The translations under genes were made by a program, and so were the position numbers. This document shows, piece by piece, positions 1 to 9,752 of a stretch of 64,000 nt of DNA. The stretch is from an uncultured Clostridia bacterium (GTDB lineage Bacteria; Bacillota; Clostridia; TANB77; CAG-508), in NCBI GenBank assembly GCA_947628825.1, contig CANRBH010000003.1, positions 8,084 through 72,083 of the forward strand, in the 5' to 3' direction. A model generated the notes under the pieces. The model was not told the DNA's origin. It searched no databases and saw only the letters and a program-made list of their open reading frames with translations. How positions within the stretch are numbered: position 1 is the stretch's first letter; each line of letters opens with the position of its first letter.

Positions 1-1413
1 AACATATGCTTGAGCATATTCTTTATCAATTTGCGTTCTTGTCTTTTTAAATTTTGGAAGAGTATTATTTCTTCTGTTAGTTTCTGCATTATTATGCATT
101 TGTTTATATTCTTCACTTCTTTTGATTTGAATAAGTATTGTATTTATTTGTGGAATATTTGCAAATTCTGTTAAAAAATCTTCTCCTCCAGCAATAGTTA
201 AATTATCTGCTTCTTTTAATAATCTTGCTATTGAAGGCATTACTCTTGAAAGTTCATATCCATAATTTTGAGCATTATTATCATATATTCCAGAGAATCT
301 TCCTGTTCTTATACTTTCTAAAATAGTTTTAATATTTTGTTCTTCTGAACTCACTCTTATTGTATAAGATGTGATTTGTTCAGAATCTTCATAATCTTTA
401 ATAAAATTTTTTACCCATTGCATCTTTTTTTGAATTTGTTCTGGTGTTAATTTTACGTTTTTTGGTGTACTTTCAGATTGTTTGTCTGTTCTTGGTTTCA
501 CTTTTACTGATTCTATTGATTTAAAATATTGTACTAGTTTTGGGTTATAAGTTCTTATACCATTTTGGTCATAATATCCTATATAACCCCCTGCTTGACC
601 CATTTTTCTATCAAGCCTATCTCTACTTAAAAAGTCATCTGGAATTCCTTTACGGTTATCCTTTAATAAGTCTTGCTCACTATAAACAACATTTCTTTTT
701 ACAACTCGTTCTCCATTTTCATTTACAACTTCAAAAATATGATAACATCTTACACCATATGTGTTTTTTTCTTTAGTCATTTGTTGTACTACAAAAGTAC
801 TACCATCATATCTCGTATATTCTTTTGTAGGAAATTTAAATAATCTTTGATCATCTTCACTTTTTGCTATTTCTGATATATCACTAACAAGTTCAAATTT
901 GTTATCGCTTCGTGTTTTTCGTACTTGCCCTATATAAAAAGTCCCCTTTGATATAGAATCTCTAATATTTTCCCTTGAAAATAAAATATTGTCTATTGCT
1001 TCTTCATATCCATCTGGAACTTTTCTACCAAAGTTTCTTTCATTGATAAAATAAGCAACATTCGTATTGCTATATACTACTGTTTGATTAGATATTTTTC
1101 CATGTTGTGATAAATCTGCATAATAATATCTGTAGAACTTTTTTCCGTTTATTTCATTATCAACTATTTGAGCTATCACATATTTTGATCCGTCTTTTCT
1201 TGTTCCTACATAAGTTGTAGATTTATAATTTTTTTCTCTTGACATTCTTATACTTATTTTTTCTATTTCAACAGGATCTATTTCTGATAATTCAAAATCC
1301 TTGCAAGGCTCACCATTTGCGGGTATATGATTTTTCTTAAATTGTTCTACATTTTGACCTAAAAAGTCATAAGTTTTAGATTTTCCGTCCCCTAAATTTA
1401 GTATTGTCCCAAG
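1..1413 (-). CDS. hypothetical protein (about 470 aa visible), partial, continues past the left edge. There is no start codon before 1245, so it is probably the frameshifted continuation of the upstream transglutaminase-like ORF
   Basis: Manual translation of the minus strand shows a frame open from 1413 down to 1 (LGTILNLGDGKSKTYDFLGQNVEQFKKNH...TRTQIDKEYAQAYV). It is missing from the ORF track because no stop lies inside the window. No family recognised. Confidence 0.6.
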
Positions 1414-2041
1414 TTAAATCAACAGGATAATATTTTTTTCCATCTAAAGAAACTACATTCCAAGCGTGTCCACTTTCTCTTGAAGTTTTGCCAGAAACAT
1501 AATAACATTCTATGCCTTGCCTATCTAGCATTTCCTTTAGCATTACTGCATAACCAGCACAAACTGTTTGACCTGTTATAAAACCTCTTAAACTTCTTGT
1601 TTCTGATGATGGTTTACTTTCAAATTTTGGATCATACATTATTCCAGATTTTAATTTGCTATATATATGTACTAATTTTTCAAGTTGTGAAAAATTTTGC
1701 CATTCAAAATCTTTTTCTATTTTTTCCATAGCTGATACTATCTTTATAGCTTCATTTCTGCTATATATAACTGCATCTGTATAATATTGACCTGTTTCGC
1801 CATCATCATACCTAACACCACCAAGTCTACTTACTCTATCTTTATCATATGCTCCTGCTATCCTTATAGATATTCTTGAGTCCAATGTTTTTAATAGTTT
1901 ACTAGAAATGCCTCTTGTGTTTGGAATTTCAACTAGAATTTTTTGAGAAGGATTTTGTTCCCTAATAGCATTTAATTGTTGAATTACACTAGGAGTTAGT
2001 GTTTTAAGTTCAATTTTTCTATCAAAATTACTCATTCTCAT
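1376..2041 (-). CDS. transglutaminase-like cysteine peptidase domain protein
   Basis: ORF track 1376..2074. Cys/His/Asp core motifs QTVCAGYA, GHAWNVV and VDLTWD. Start trimmed to ATG 2041 (or 2035), just after an AGGAGG that overlaps the stop of the LRR gene. Confidence 0.7.
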   Translation of the reverse strand: MRMSNFDRKIELKTLTPSVIQQLNAIREQNPSQKILVEIPNTRGISSKLLKTLDSRISIRIAGAYDKDRVSRLGGVRYDDGETGQYYTDAVIYSRNEAIKIVSAMEKIEKDFEWQNFSQLEKLVHIYSKLKSGIMYDPKFESKPSSETRSLRGFITGQTVCAGYAVMLKEMLDRQGIECYYVSGKTSRESGHAWNVVSLDGKKYYPVDLTWDNTKFRGRKI

Positions 2042-2732
2042 TACCTCCTTGATTAAAGGCAACAATATTTTCATTCATTACAATTATATTTTTTGCAATA
2101 AGCTTTTTTATGAAATCTTCATTGTTAATATATTGTTCTTCTGATATTCCTAATCTTTTAATGTTATTCATATTTTCTATAATAGATAAATCATCTATAT
2201 TTGTATTATCTATATGTATTTCTTCTATTAAAGGTAAATTCAATGTTGAAATATCAATTAAATTAGAATATGATAGTTGTAAATACTTCAGTTTTTGTAA
2301 ATTATTTATTCCATTTAACGATATATTTCCATTTACAACTGATAATGATTCTAATTCAGTCATTGTATACAAGAAATTATAATCTACTATATTACAGTTA
2401 ATTAATTCAAGATTTTTTACTTTTAGACTTGTAATATTGTCAGCATTCTCGAATTCACATTTTTCAATATAAACATCTTCTAATAATCTTAATTTAGAAA
2501 AATTTGATATATCTTCTTTTGATAAATATAAGTTTTTTAAGACTAATCTCTTTACTCCAGTAAAATAATTAATTACATCTAAATTAATTTTTTTATACTC
2601 TCCACTTATATCTATTGTATTTATAACAATTTCATCAATCTTTTTCAAATCTTCTTCTGTAAATTCGTTAGCTTCTTTATCAAGCTTAAACATAATATAA
2701 TCTGCTAATTGTTCGTTTTCAATTTTTATCAT
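2028..2732 (-). CDS. leucine-rich repeat (LRR) protein with no obvious signal peptide
   Basis: ORF track 234 aa. About 22-aa LxxLxLxxN-type repeats (LKVKNLELINCNI, LESLSVVNGNISL, LKYLQLSYSNLIDIS, IEEIHIDNTNIDDLS). Confidence 0.7.
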   Translation of the reverse strand: MIKIENEQLADYIMFKLDKEANEFTEEDLKKIDEIVINTIDISGEYKKINLDVINYFTGVKRLVLKNLYLSKEDISNFSKLRLLEDVYIEKCEFENADNITSLKVKNLELINCNIVDYNFLYTMTELESLSVVNGNISLNGINNLQKLKYLQLSYSNLIDISTLNLPLIEEIHIDNTNIDDLSIIENMNNIKRLGISEEQYINNEDFIKKLIAKNIIVMNENIVAFNQGGNENE

Positions 2733-2755
2733 AGGTACTCCTAATTTTAATAATT

Positions 2756-3217
2756 TTATTTTCTTCTGAAGAAACTCATAATTTTGTTTAATATCTTTTT
2801 TAAGAAATTGCTTTCCTTATACTCAATAAGTGCTGTATTTTGTTCTATTTCTCTATATGGTTTAGTAATTTTATCATTTTTATCATTTTTAAATAAATTA
2901 TCTGGATTATATTTTTTTCTTAATTCTTCTTCCTTCTTTTTATCATTCTCTGCATATATTTCAATTAATTCTTGCTTTTCTTTTTCATCTTCACACCAGT
3001 AATTAAGATTTAGCATTGCCAAAATTGTATATGTTTTTGTTTGTAAATTTTGTTCATCTAATGGTATTTTAGGATTAATTTTTGGCTCATATCCTTGCAA
3101 TCTTTCATCTTTAAATAATTTTCTTACTTCTAAAGGAATTTTTTCAATATATATATTATCCATATATGATAATATCACATCTACTTCAGCATAGGCTTTT
3201 AATAGTTCGTCAGTCAT
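2756..3217 (-). CDS. hypothetical protein, first gene of the LRR/transglutaminase operon
   Basis: ORF track 153 aa. Same strand as the LRR gene with a 23-nt gap. No motif recognised. Confidence 0.5.
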   Translation of the reverse strand: MTDELLKAYAEVDVILSYMDNIYIEKIPLEVRKLFKDERLQGYEPKINPKIPLDEQNLQTKTYTILAMLNLNYWCEDEKEKQELIEIYAENDKKKEEELRKKYNPDNLFKNDKNDKITKPYREIEQNTALIEYKESNFLKKILNKIMSFFRRK

Positions 3218-3310
3218 TATATATTTCCTTTCTTCTTTTGTATTTTAAATATTAACTTTTAATTATTATAACATAAATATAATTAATGTTTCCATTCTTA
3301 AAGTTACCTA

Positions 3311-4063
3311 TTATTTTTTCTTTTCTTGCATCATATATATAAACTTTGCAGTTATATTATTAGGAGAAATTTTAGATAAGAACTTTCCTATTTTTATAGT
3401 AAATCCCGGTATAATCAAAAACTTATTTTTTAGCATTTTATCTATTGCATATTTAGCAACATCTTTACTGCTTAATGACGATAAATTAAATTTAACTCCT
3501 GCAACATTGTTAAAGTTTGTATCAACAGGACCTGGACATAATATACTAATTTTTACTTTTGATTTTTTCTTTTTTAATTCTTCTCTTATTCCCTCTGATA
3601 ATCTTACTACATAAGATTTTGAAGCATAATAACTTTGCATTAGTGGTCCTGGCATGAAACCTGCAATAGAAGCAACATTTAATATGTGTCCTTCGTCTTT
3701 CTTTACCATGCCTTTTAAAAATAATTTTGTTAAAATATGTACAGCAACTATATTCGTATTTATCATTTCTATTTCTTTATCTAAATCAGTTTCTGTAAAT
3801 TCACCATATATTCCAAATCCAGCATTATTTATTAGAATATCTATATTGTCTCCAACCATCGAATATAATTGTTTACAGTTTTCTTCATTACTTAAGTCTT
3901 TTACAATTATCTCAGTATTTTTTCCTTTTAATTTCTTTTTAACACTTTCTAATTTTTTTCTATCACGTGAAACTAATATCAAATCATATCCCCTTTTATC
4001 TAGTTCTATTGCCATATCACGTCCTATACCAGATGATGCACCAGTTATTAAAGCTTTCATCAT
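3311..4063 (-). CDS. short-chain dehydrogenase/reductase (SDR) family oxidoreductase
   Basis: TGASSGIG cofactor motif, NNAG, and the catalytic YASKS (YxxxK). Confidence 0.85.
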   Translation of the reverse strand: MMKALITGASSGIGRDMAIELDKRGYDLILVSRDRKKLESVKKKLKGKNTEIIVKDLSNEENCKQLYSMVGDNIDILINNAGFGIYGEFTETDLDKEIEMINTNIVAVHILTKLFLKGMVKKDEGHILNVASIAGFMPGPLMQSYYASKSYVVRLSEGIREELKKKKSKVKISILCPGPVDTNFNNVAGVKFNLSSLSSKDVAKYAIDKMLKNKFLIIPGFTIKIGKFLSKISPNNITAKFIYMMQEKKK

Positions 4064-4128
4064 TGCCTCCTAAAATTCTTATTTAATAATTTTTATTATT
4101 ATAATTCTTCTATAATTTTTGAGACTTA

Positions 4129-5214
4129 CTATATGAAAACTCTTGGGACTCTATATGAAATTGTACTCATTATTTCATAATTTATAGTATTACACTTGTC
4201 AGCAATTTCATCTAGGGTTATATTTTCATTATCCCAAATGTAGACATCATCTCCAACTGATACATTGTTTAAATCTGTTACATCAGCTAAGAAGCCATCC
4301 ATGCATACATTTCCTATGATTGGTACTCTTTTACCATTCATTAAAACTTCTCCCTTATTAGAAAGACATCTTCTTAAACCATCTGCGTATCCTATTGGTA
4401 TAGTTGCTACTTTAGTTTTTCTATTTGTTATAAATGTCCTAGAATAACTTATTGAAGTGTTTTCTGGAACTTCTTTTAAAAATGTTATTTTTGATTTTAA
4501 TCTACAAACTGGCTTCAAATTTATTTTTTCCATAGTTTTATCAAAAGAATTGTATCCATATAAAATGATTCCCGGTCTTACAAGATTAAAGCATTTATTT
4601 GGATAATTTAATATTCCATTTGACGCTGAACAATGGATATATTTAATATTTCCAAGTTCTTTTTGAATTTCTTGTACTGCCTCTTCAAAAATTTTTATTT
4701 GTTTTTTTGTATATTCATCATCATAATCTGCTGATGAAAAATGCGTATATATTCCTTCTACTTTTATATTTTTGTTTTGTTTAATTTTGCTTATATATTC
4801 CTTTAAATTATCTAGGCTTACTCCTGTTCTTCCCATTCCTGTTTCTATTTCAATATGTACTTTTACTTTTTCATCTAATTTTCCTAATTCATCTAAGAAA
4901 ATATTAGAACATATTCCTACTGTAATATCGTTTTCTATAATCTTTTGTATTTCATCTGTATAAGGCTGATTTAAAACAAATATTTCTTTTAAATACCCAT
5001 TATCTCTAAGTTCTACTGCTTCATCAACATTAGCTACTGCTACTATGTCAAAATTATTTATTACATCATTTAATTTATTTATATATGTTCCATACGCATT
5101 TGCCTTTATTACAGGCATTATCTTTACATTATTTCCTATATATTCTTGTATCTTTCTTACATTATATTTAAAGGCATTTGTGTCTACTTCTAAAACTGTT
5201 GGTCTAGTAATCAT
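4129..5214 (-). CDS. alr: alanine racemase
   Basis: 361 aa. PLP-lysine motif PVIKANAYG. Length and overall pattern are typical of Alr. Confidence 0.9.
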   Translation of the reverse strand: MITRPTVLEVDTNAFKYNVRKIQEYIGNNVKIMPVIKANAYGTYINKLNDVINNFDIVAVANVDEAVELRDNGYLKEIFVLNQPYTDEIQKIIENDITVGICSNIFLDELGKLDEKVKVHIEIETGMGRTGVSLDNLKEYISKIKQNKNIKVEGIYTHFSSADYDDEYTKKQIKIFEEAVQEIQKELGNIKYIHCSASNGILNYPNKCFNLVRPGIILYGYNSFDKTMEKINLKPVCRLKSKITFLKEVPENTSISYSRTFITNRKTKVATIPIGYADGLRRCLSNKGEVLMNGKRVPIIGNVCMDGFLADVTDLNNVSVGDDVYIWDNENITLDEIADKCNTINYEIMSTISYRVPRVFI

Positions 5215-5390
5215 AATTATCTACCTACCTTTCTTTTCTAAGCTAAGTCATTTTATTATAATGTATTATATTCTATTTATTTTATATTGTCTATTATTTT
5301 AATTGAATTTAAAATTTCAATTTCTAGTATTGAAAATAATCTACTTATAATTATTTTAAAATAAATAACTATTATTATATAAAAAATAAG

Positions 5391-5424
5391 AAAAGAGCCA
5401 GCTGCGTTTGCAACTGGCTCTTTT
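5391..5424 (-). terminator. rho-independent terminator of the GC-rich orphan gene
   Basis: AAAAGAGCCAG-loop-CTGGCTCTTTT hairpin (stem 5395-5401/5414-5420), followed by a T-run on the minus strand. Confidence 0.7.
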
Positions 5425-5484
5425 CTTTTCTTGGCTAAAATTATAGCCTTGGGTCATTTAGGGGTTTGGAATCTGATTGATGTC

Positions 5485-6435
5485 TTAACCTTCCGTGGGA
5501 GTGTCAACGGCGGGAGCATCAACGGCAGTGGTAGTGATATCAGCGTTAGCATCGGCGTTTACGCCTACGAGATTGTCAAAGTCAATTTCGTCATCCTTCA
5601 GCTTACCTGCCGCATACATTCTTACGAGCTGCGCCATAACTTCTTTTGGAATAGCGATGGCCTTTGCCGCATCGGGTTCGCCGATGTAGATAGTATAGAC
5701 CTTATTGGTCATGTTCCCGTTCTCTTCCACAAATTCATATCCGAATTTTTCTTTAAGCAGAATCCTTTCACATTCAAGGAACTTGCCCTTCATCTCCTCA
5801 TTCTTTTTCCCGAAAATTCTGCAAGCTTCCTTGAAGTCGATGAAGATTTGGTCGTTCAAATGATACTTGCCGGTCTGCTGGCTCTTGATGAGAAAGATGT
5901 CATTTTTTTCGATTTCATGCAGAATGGCATAGTGGAGATTGGCGAAGACCTTGACAATTCGCAGGTTCATATCCATAGAATTCTCAGCGTCATACTCATT
6001 CCACTTTTCGTCATTCAACTTTTTTACGAGCCATTCGAGAGCATCGGCATCGGTCATTTTGAGGAACGAATCCACCATGGTTTCGGGAAGGCAGATTACG
6101 TATCTGATCATGGTCATCTCGTCGGTCTTCCGCTGGAGTTCATAATGTTTTTCATCCATCAGTAGGTAACGTTCCAACTCAAAGGCGTATTCGTAAAGTT
6201 CTTTCCCATAATTGCCAAAGTTTCCGCAGGTCTGGTAGAGCCACTGGAAGACGCCCTCATCGATATCATAGAACCCTTGTTGCTGAAGCTTGAAGTTGAA
6301 GTCAGTTTTTTCCATGACTTTCTCAATCTTTGAATGGAACTCCTCAAAAATCTTCACGATACTCGAAGGGGGATTTCTCATCATTTCGAGAAGTTTAAAA
6401 GATTGCGAACGAGCAGCAATTTGCATCTGAGACAT
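5485..6435 (-). CDS. GC-rich orphan protein, 316 aa, acidic Ala/Thr/Asp-rich C-terminal tail, function unknown
   Basis: Long ORF with AGGAGG 8 nt before the ATG. Codon usage (ACC, GGC, CTC, AAG, GCC) is unlike the neighbours. The line at 5521 counts 29/60 G+C, against 20/60 in an alr line. Confidence 0.75.
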   Translation of the reverse strand: MSQMQIAARSQSFKLLEMMRNPPSSIVKIFEEFHSKIEKVMEKTDFNFKLQQQGFYDIDEGVFQWLYQTCGNFGNYGKELYEYAFELERYLLMDEKHYELQRKTDEMTMIRYVICLPETMVDSFLKMTDADALEWLVKKLNDEKWNEYDAENSMDMNLRIVKVFANLHYAILHEIEKNDIFLIKSQQTGKYHLNDQIFIDFKEACRIFGKKNEEMKGKFLECERILLKEKFGYEFVEENGNMTNKVYTIYIGEPDAAKAIAIPKEVMAQLVRMYAAGKLKDDEIDFDNLVGVNADANADITTTAVDAPAVDTPTEG

Positions 6436-6529
6436 CTGTTCTTACCTCCTAAATATGTGCGGAATGTTACTACAGTAACTTTCCTTTTGTCTACGAGTTG
6501 AGTCGTATTGGCTCAGCTCACTATTTATT

Positions 6530-6558
6530 ATTATACCATACTTTACATAATTTTGCAA
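6530..6558 (-). promoter_or_regulatory. sigma-A-type promoter, TTGCAA-17 nt-TATAAT with TGG upstream of the -10
   Basis: Read on the minus strand: CTTGCAAAATTATGTAAAGTATGGTATAAT. An about 87-nt leader runs to the ATG at 6435. Confidence 0.6.
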
Positions 6559-6627
6559 GTCTTTTAAAAAATTTTATTTTTACCCTAAAAATGCGTTAAT
6601 TTTTCACTTGGCATTTCCTAAAAATAT

Positions 6628-8409
6628 TTAGCTCCTTTGTAAAATTTTTTTCATTTCTTCCTGTCTCTTAACCTTTTTAGTTGTTGTCTTAATTAGTTCT
6701 TCACTTGATAACACTAGCTTTTGGATATGTTTGTATCTTGGAAATGTTTTGTTTAGTTCTTTTATTTCATTCCAAATTATTTGATATAATTCATCTTCTG
6801 TCATTCCTTTATACTTTTCTTTTACAACTTCTTTATCATAAAATACTTCCACAGAAAGTGTAACATCATTTTTATCATTTTCATCCGGCATTCCAAAAAC
6901 CATACATTCTTCAACTAAATCTATTCTATTAACTAAAGTTTCTATTTCTTCTGGAAATACCTTTTTACCATTCTTTAAAACGATTAAATTCTTATTTCTT
7001 CCGGTAATAAATAATACACCTTTTTTATTTATATATCCTAGGTCTCCTGTATAAAACCATCCATCTTTTATAACTTCTTTAGTAAGCTCTGGCATTTCAT
7101 AATATCCAAGCATAACATTTGGACCTTTAACTGCTATCTCTCCTATTCCATTTTCATCTTGATTAACGATTTTAACTTCATTGTTAATCATTGGAACACC
7201 TACTGAACCCGGTACCATTATCTTATCATTTTCACCTGCAATAACCGGAGAAGTTTCACTTAAGCCATAACCCTGTACTGTTTTTATTCCTAAACTATTA
7301 AACCCTTTTGCAATTTTTGCATCAGCTGGTGCTCCTCCTGATACAACAAATCTAAGTTCTCCTCCTAAGGCGTCAATTATTTGTTTAAATAATGTTCTTC
7401 TAATATCAATATGTAACTTTAACAGTATATTACTAATCAAAGTTGCAACTTTGATTAACTTTGTCTTTCCTTGTTTGTCTATTTCTTTCATTATTGTTTT
7501 GTAAATTGCTTCTATTAAAACTGGAACTCCAACAAATACTGTAACTTTATATTCATTCAGATTTTGTTTTATATAACGTAAACCATCTGGAAATGTTGTT
7601 TTTGTTCCATTTGCAAGCATAAGAACCATACAAGTTGAACCAAATATATGGTGGAAAGGTAAAAATGCTATATTAGTATCTGTTGGTCTAATATCTTCTG
7701 CAACTTGCAAAGCATATATATTAGATGCAATATTTCTTTGTGAAAGCATTACTGCTTTCGATTTAGAGGTTGTTCCTGATGTAAATAATAATATGCTCAT
7801 TGCATTTTCGTCAACTTTGTAGTCAATATAATCTCTTTCTCCAATTTCTATTAGTTTTTGTCCTTTTTCCAAAAGCTCTTCCACAGAATTATATCCTTCA
7901 ATTTTACTCATACAAACATACTCTGATAAATTGGTATTTCCATTTTCCTTAATTTGTGTAACTTTGTCAGTTAGTTTTTCATCAAAAACTATTGCATTTG
8001 CTTTACTTCTAATTAGCGAACCTTCTAATTCATCATATTGTAAATCTTTATCTAATGGAACTGAGACTATACCACCTAGAAGATTAGCAAGATGTGCTAA
8101 CGCCCATTCATATCTATTTTTTCCTATTACAGCAATTCTTTTTCCTATAAGTTTCATTGAATAAAAAGCTGTCCCCAGTTTGTTTATATCATCTAAAAGT
8201 CTTTTATATGTAATGTTTTCATATTCAATTCCACTTTCTTTTTTATGTTTTATTACAAACGCAATTTTTTCTTTAAATACTTTCGCAGAATTATAGATAA
8301 TTTCTTTAACATTTTTAAACTCTTCAGCTTCAAATACTCTTCTTAGATCTTTGTCTTTTATTCTTTTTAAAAATGTAAAAGATTCTTCATCTTTTTTATT
8401 TTTACTCAT
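6628..8409 (-). CDS. AMP-dependent synthetase/ligase (long-chain fatty acid--CoA ligase-like)
   Basis: 593 aa. AMP-binding signature LFTSGTTSKSKAV, plus YTGDLGY and GRNKNLIVLKNGKKV. Confidence 0.85.
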   Translation of the reverse strand: MSKNKKDEESFTFLKRIKDKDLRRVFEAEEFKNVKEIIYNSAKVFKEKIAFVIKHKKESGIEYENITYKRLLDDINKLGTAFYSMKLIGKRIAVIGKNRYEWALAHLANLLGGIVSVPLDKDLQYDELEGSLIRSKANAIVFDEKLTDKVTQIKENGNTNLSEYVCMSKIEGYNSVEELLEKGQKLIEIGERDYIDYKVDENAMSILLFTSGTTSKSKAVMLSQRNIASNIYALQVAEDIRPTDTNIAFLPFHHIFGSTCMVLMLANGTKTTFPDGLRYIKQNLNEYKVTVFVGVPVLIEAIYKTIMKEIDKQGKTKLIKVATLISNILLKLHIDIRRTLFKQIIDALGGELRFVVSGGAPADAKIAKGFNSLGIKTVQGYGLSETSPVIAGENDKIMVPGSVGVPMINNEVKIVNQDENGIGEIAVKGPNVMLGYYEMPELTKEVIKDGWFYTGDLGYINKKGVLFITGRNKNLIVLKNGKKVFPEEIETLVNRIDLVEECMVFGMPDENDKNDVTLSVEVFYDKEVVKEKYKGMTEDELYQIIWNEIKELNKTFPRYKHIQKLVLSSEELIKTTTKKVKRQEEMKKILQRS

Positions 8410-8617
8410 AATAAATTTATTCCTTTCTTGCTAAGTAAAAAGAATATATTAAATACTCCTTACTATGATTTATATTCTATCATAAGATAAAATATTTTTC
8501 TATAAGGAGTATATCATAAATTTATTTTTTTTGCTTAGACTGATAAGTCAGTATAAAAATTACATTGTAGCATATTGTAGTCTTTATTAAAAGCTCATTA
8601 AAGCCTTTGCTAATAAA

Positions 8618-9562
8618 CTACAATAAAGAATCTATTGCATTTTTTATATTTTCCTTCATAATATCACAACTTCTATCAAACCTTTCTTGGTCTTTTTTAT
8701 TAAGTTTTAATTTTAATATGTCTTTAACACCATCTTTACTTATAATAGCTGGAACTCCAATGTAAATTCCTTCGTTACCATATTCTCCATTTTGAAAAGT
8801 CGACACTGTTAATATAGCTTTTTCATCATTTAAAATAGCTTTTATTAATCTATTTAGAGCCATACCTATTCCATAATATGTTGCTTTCTTTTTTTCTATA
8901 ATTTCGTATGCAGCATTCCACACTTTATCATGTATCATTTCCAAATCTTCCATTGGATAATTATTGTCTTCCATTATTTCAATCATTTTTTTACATCCAA
9001 CATAACAATGTTCCCATGGTACTAAAGAAGAATCTCCGTGTTCTCCTAAAATATATGCATGAACATTTTTACTTGAAACATCAAGATATTCTGCAATTAA
9101 ATATCTTAATCTTGCAGTATCTAGAACTGTTCCTGAACCAATTACCTTAGATGTTGGCATTCCTGAAACTTTTGCTACAACATATGACATTAAATCAACT
9201 GGGTTAGTTGCTATTATAAATATTCCTTTAAACCCACTTTTCATAACATTTTCAGTTATATCTTTCATTATTTTTGTATTTTCAACTGCAAGTTCTAACC
9301 TTGACTGTCCTTCTTTTTGTGCTAAACCCGCTGTAATAACTACAATACTTGCATCATTGCAATCACTATAATCTCCTGCTTTAATATCCATTTTATGTGG
9401 TGAATATGGAAGCCCATCAGATAAATCCATTTCTTCTCCAATAGTCTTATCCTTATTTATATCAATTAAAATAAGTTCTTCCACAGTTCCTTGATTAAGT
9501 AATGAATATGCCAAACTTGTTCCAACAAATCCAGCTCCTACAATAACAATTTTTCTTTTCAT
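8618..9562 (-). CDS. ldh: L-lactate dehydrogenase
   Basis: 314 aa. IVGAGFVGTS Rossmann motif, ITAGLAQKEGQSRLEL, and GEHGDS with the catalytic His. Confidence 0.9.
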   Translation of the reverse strand: MKRKIVIVGAGFVGTSLAYSLLNQGTVEELILIDINKDKTIGEEMDLSDGLPYSPHKMDIKAGDYSDCNDASIVVITAGLAQKEGQSRLELAVENTKIMKDITENVMKSGFKGIFIIATNPVDLMSYVVAKVSGMPTSKVIGSGTVLDTARLRYLIAEYLDVSSKNVHAYILGEHGDSSLVPWEHCYVGCKKMIEIMEDNNYPMEDLEMIHDKVWNAAYEIIEKKKATYYGIGMALNRLIKAILNDEKAILTVSTFQNGEYGNEGIYIGVPAIISKDGVKDILKLKLNKKDQERFDRSCDIMKENIKNAIDSLL

Positions 9563-9752
9563 TTTCTACCTTCTGTTAATATTAAAAATTAACAATCCTC
9601 CTCTCTTTTTTTATAGTATACCACTTTTATAAAATTTTAGACTATTAATTAATCTATTTCAAATAATATTTTTTTATATTATATTTTTATATGCAAAAAT
9701 TATTTTTAATGATATAATTGCTTTGTAATATTTTTATTAGGAGGAAATATAT

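Noticed and set aside
5431-6165. 244-aa plus-strand ORF, plus the ORFs 5495..5689, 5939..6145 and 6159..6347, inside the GC-rich cassette
   Set aside because: These are shadow frames of the 316-aa minus-strand gene. Higher G+C removes stops in several frames. They have no SD, and their low-complexity composition is not protein-like.
5391-6558. The GC-rich islands (also 35091-35445 and 42872-43402) as large structured ncRNAs, as GC-rich intergenic regions in AT-rich genomes often are
   Set aside because: Each contains an uninterrupted ORF with a well-placed SD and protein-like sequence. A roughly 950-nt open frame at this composition is very unlikely by chance. The leaders may still be structured.
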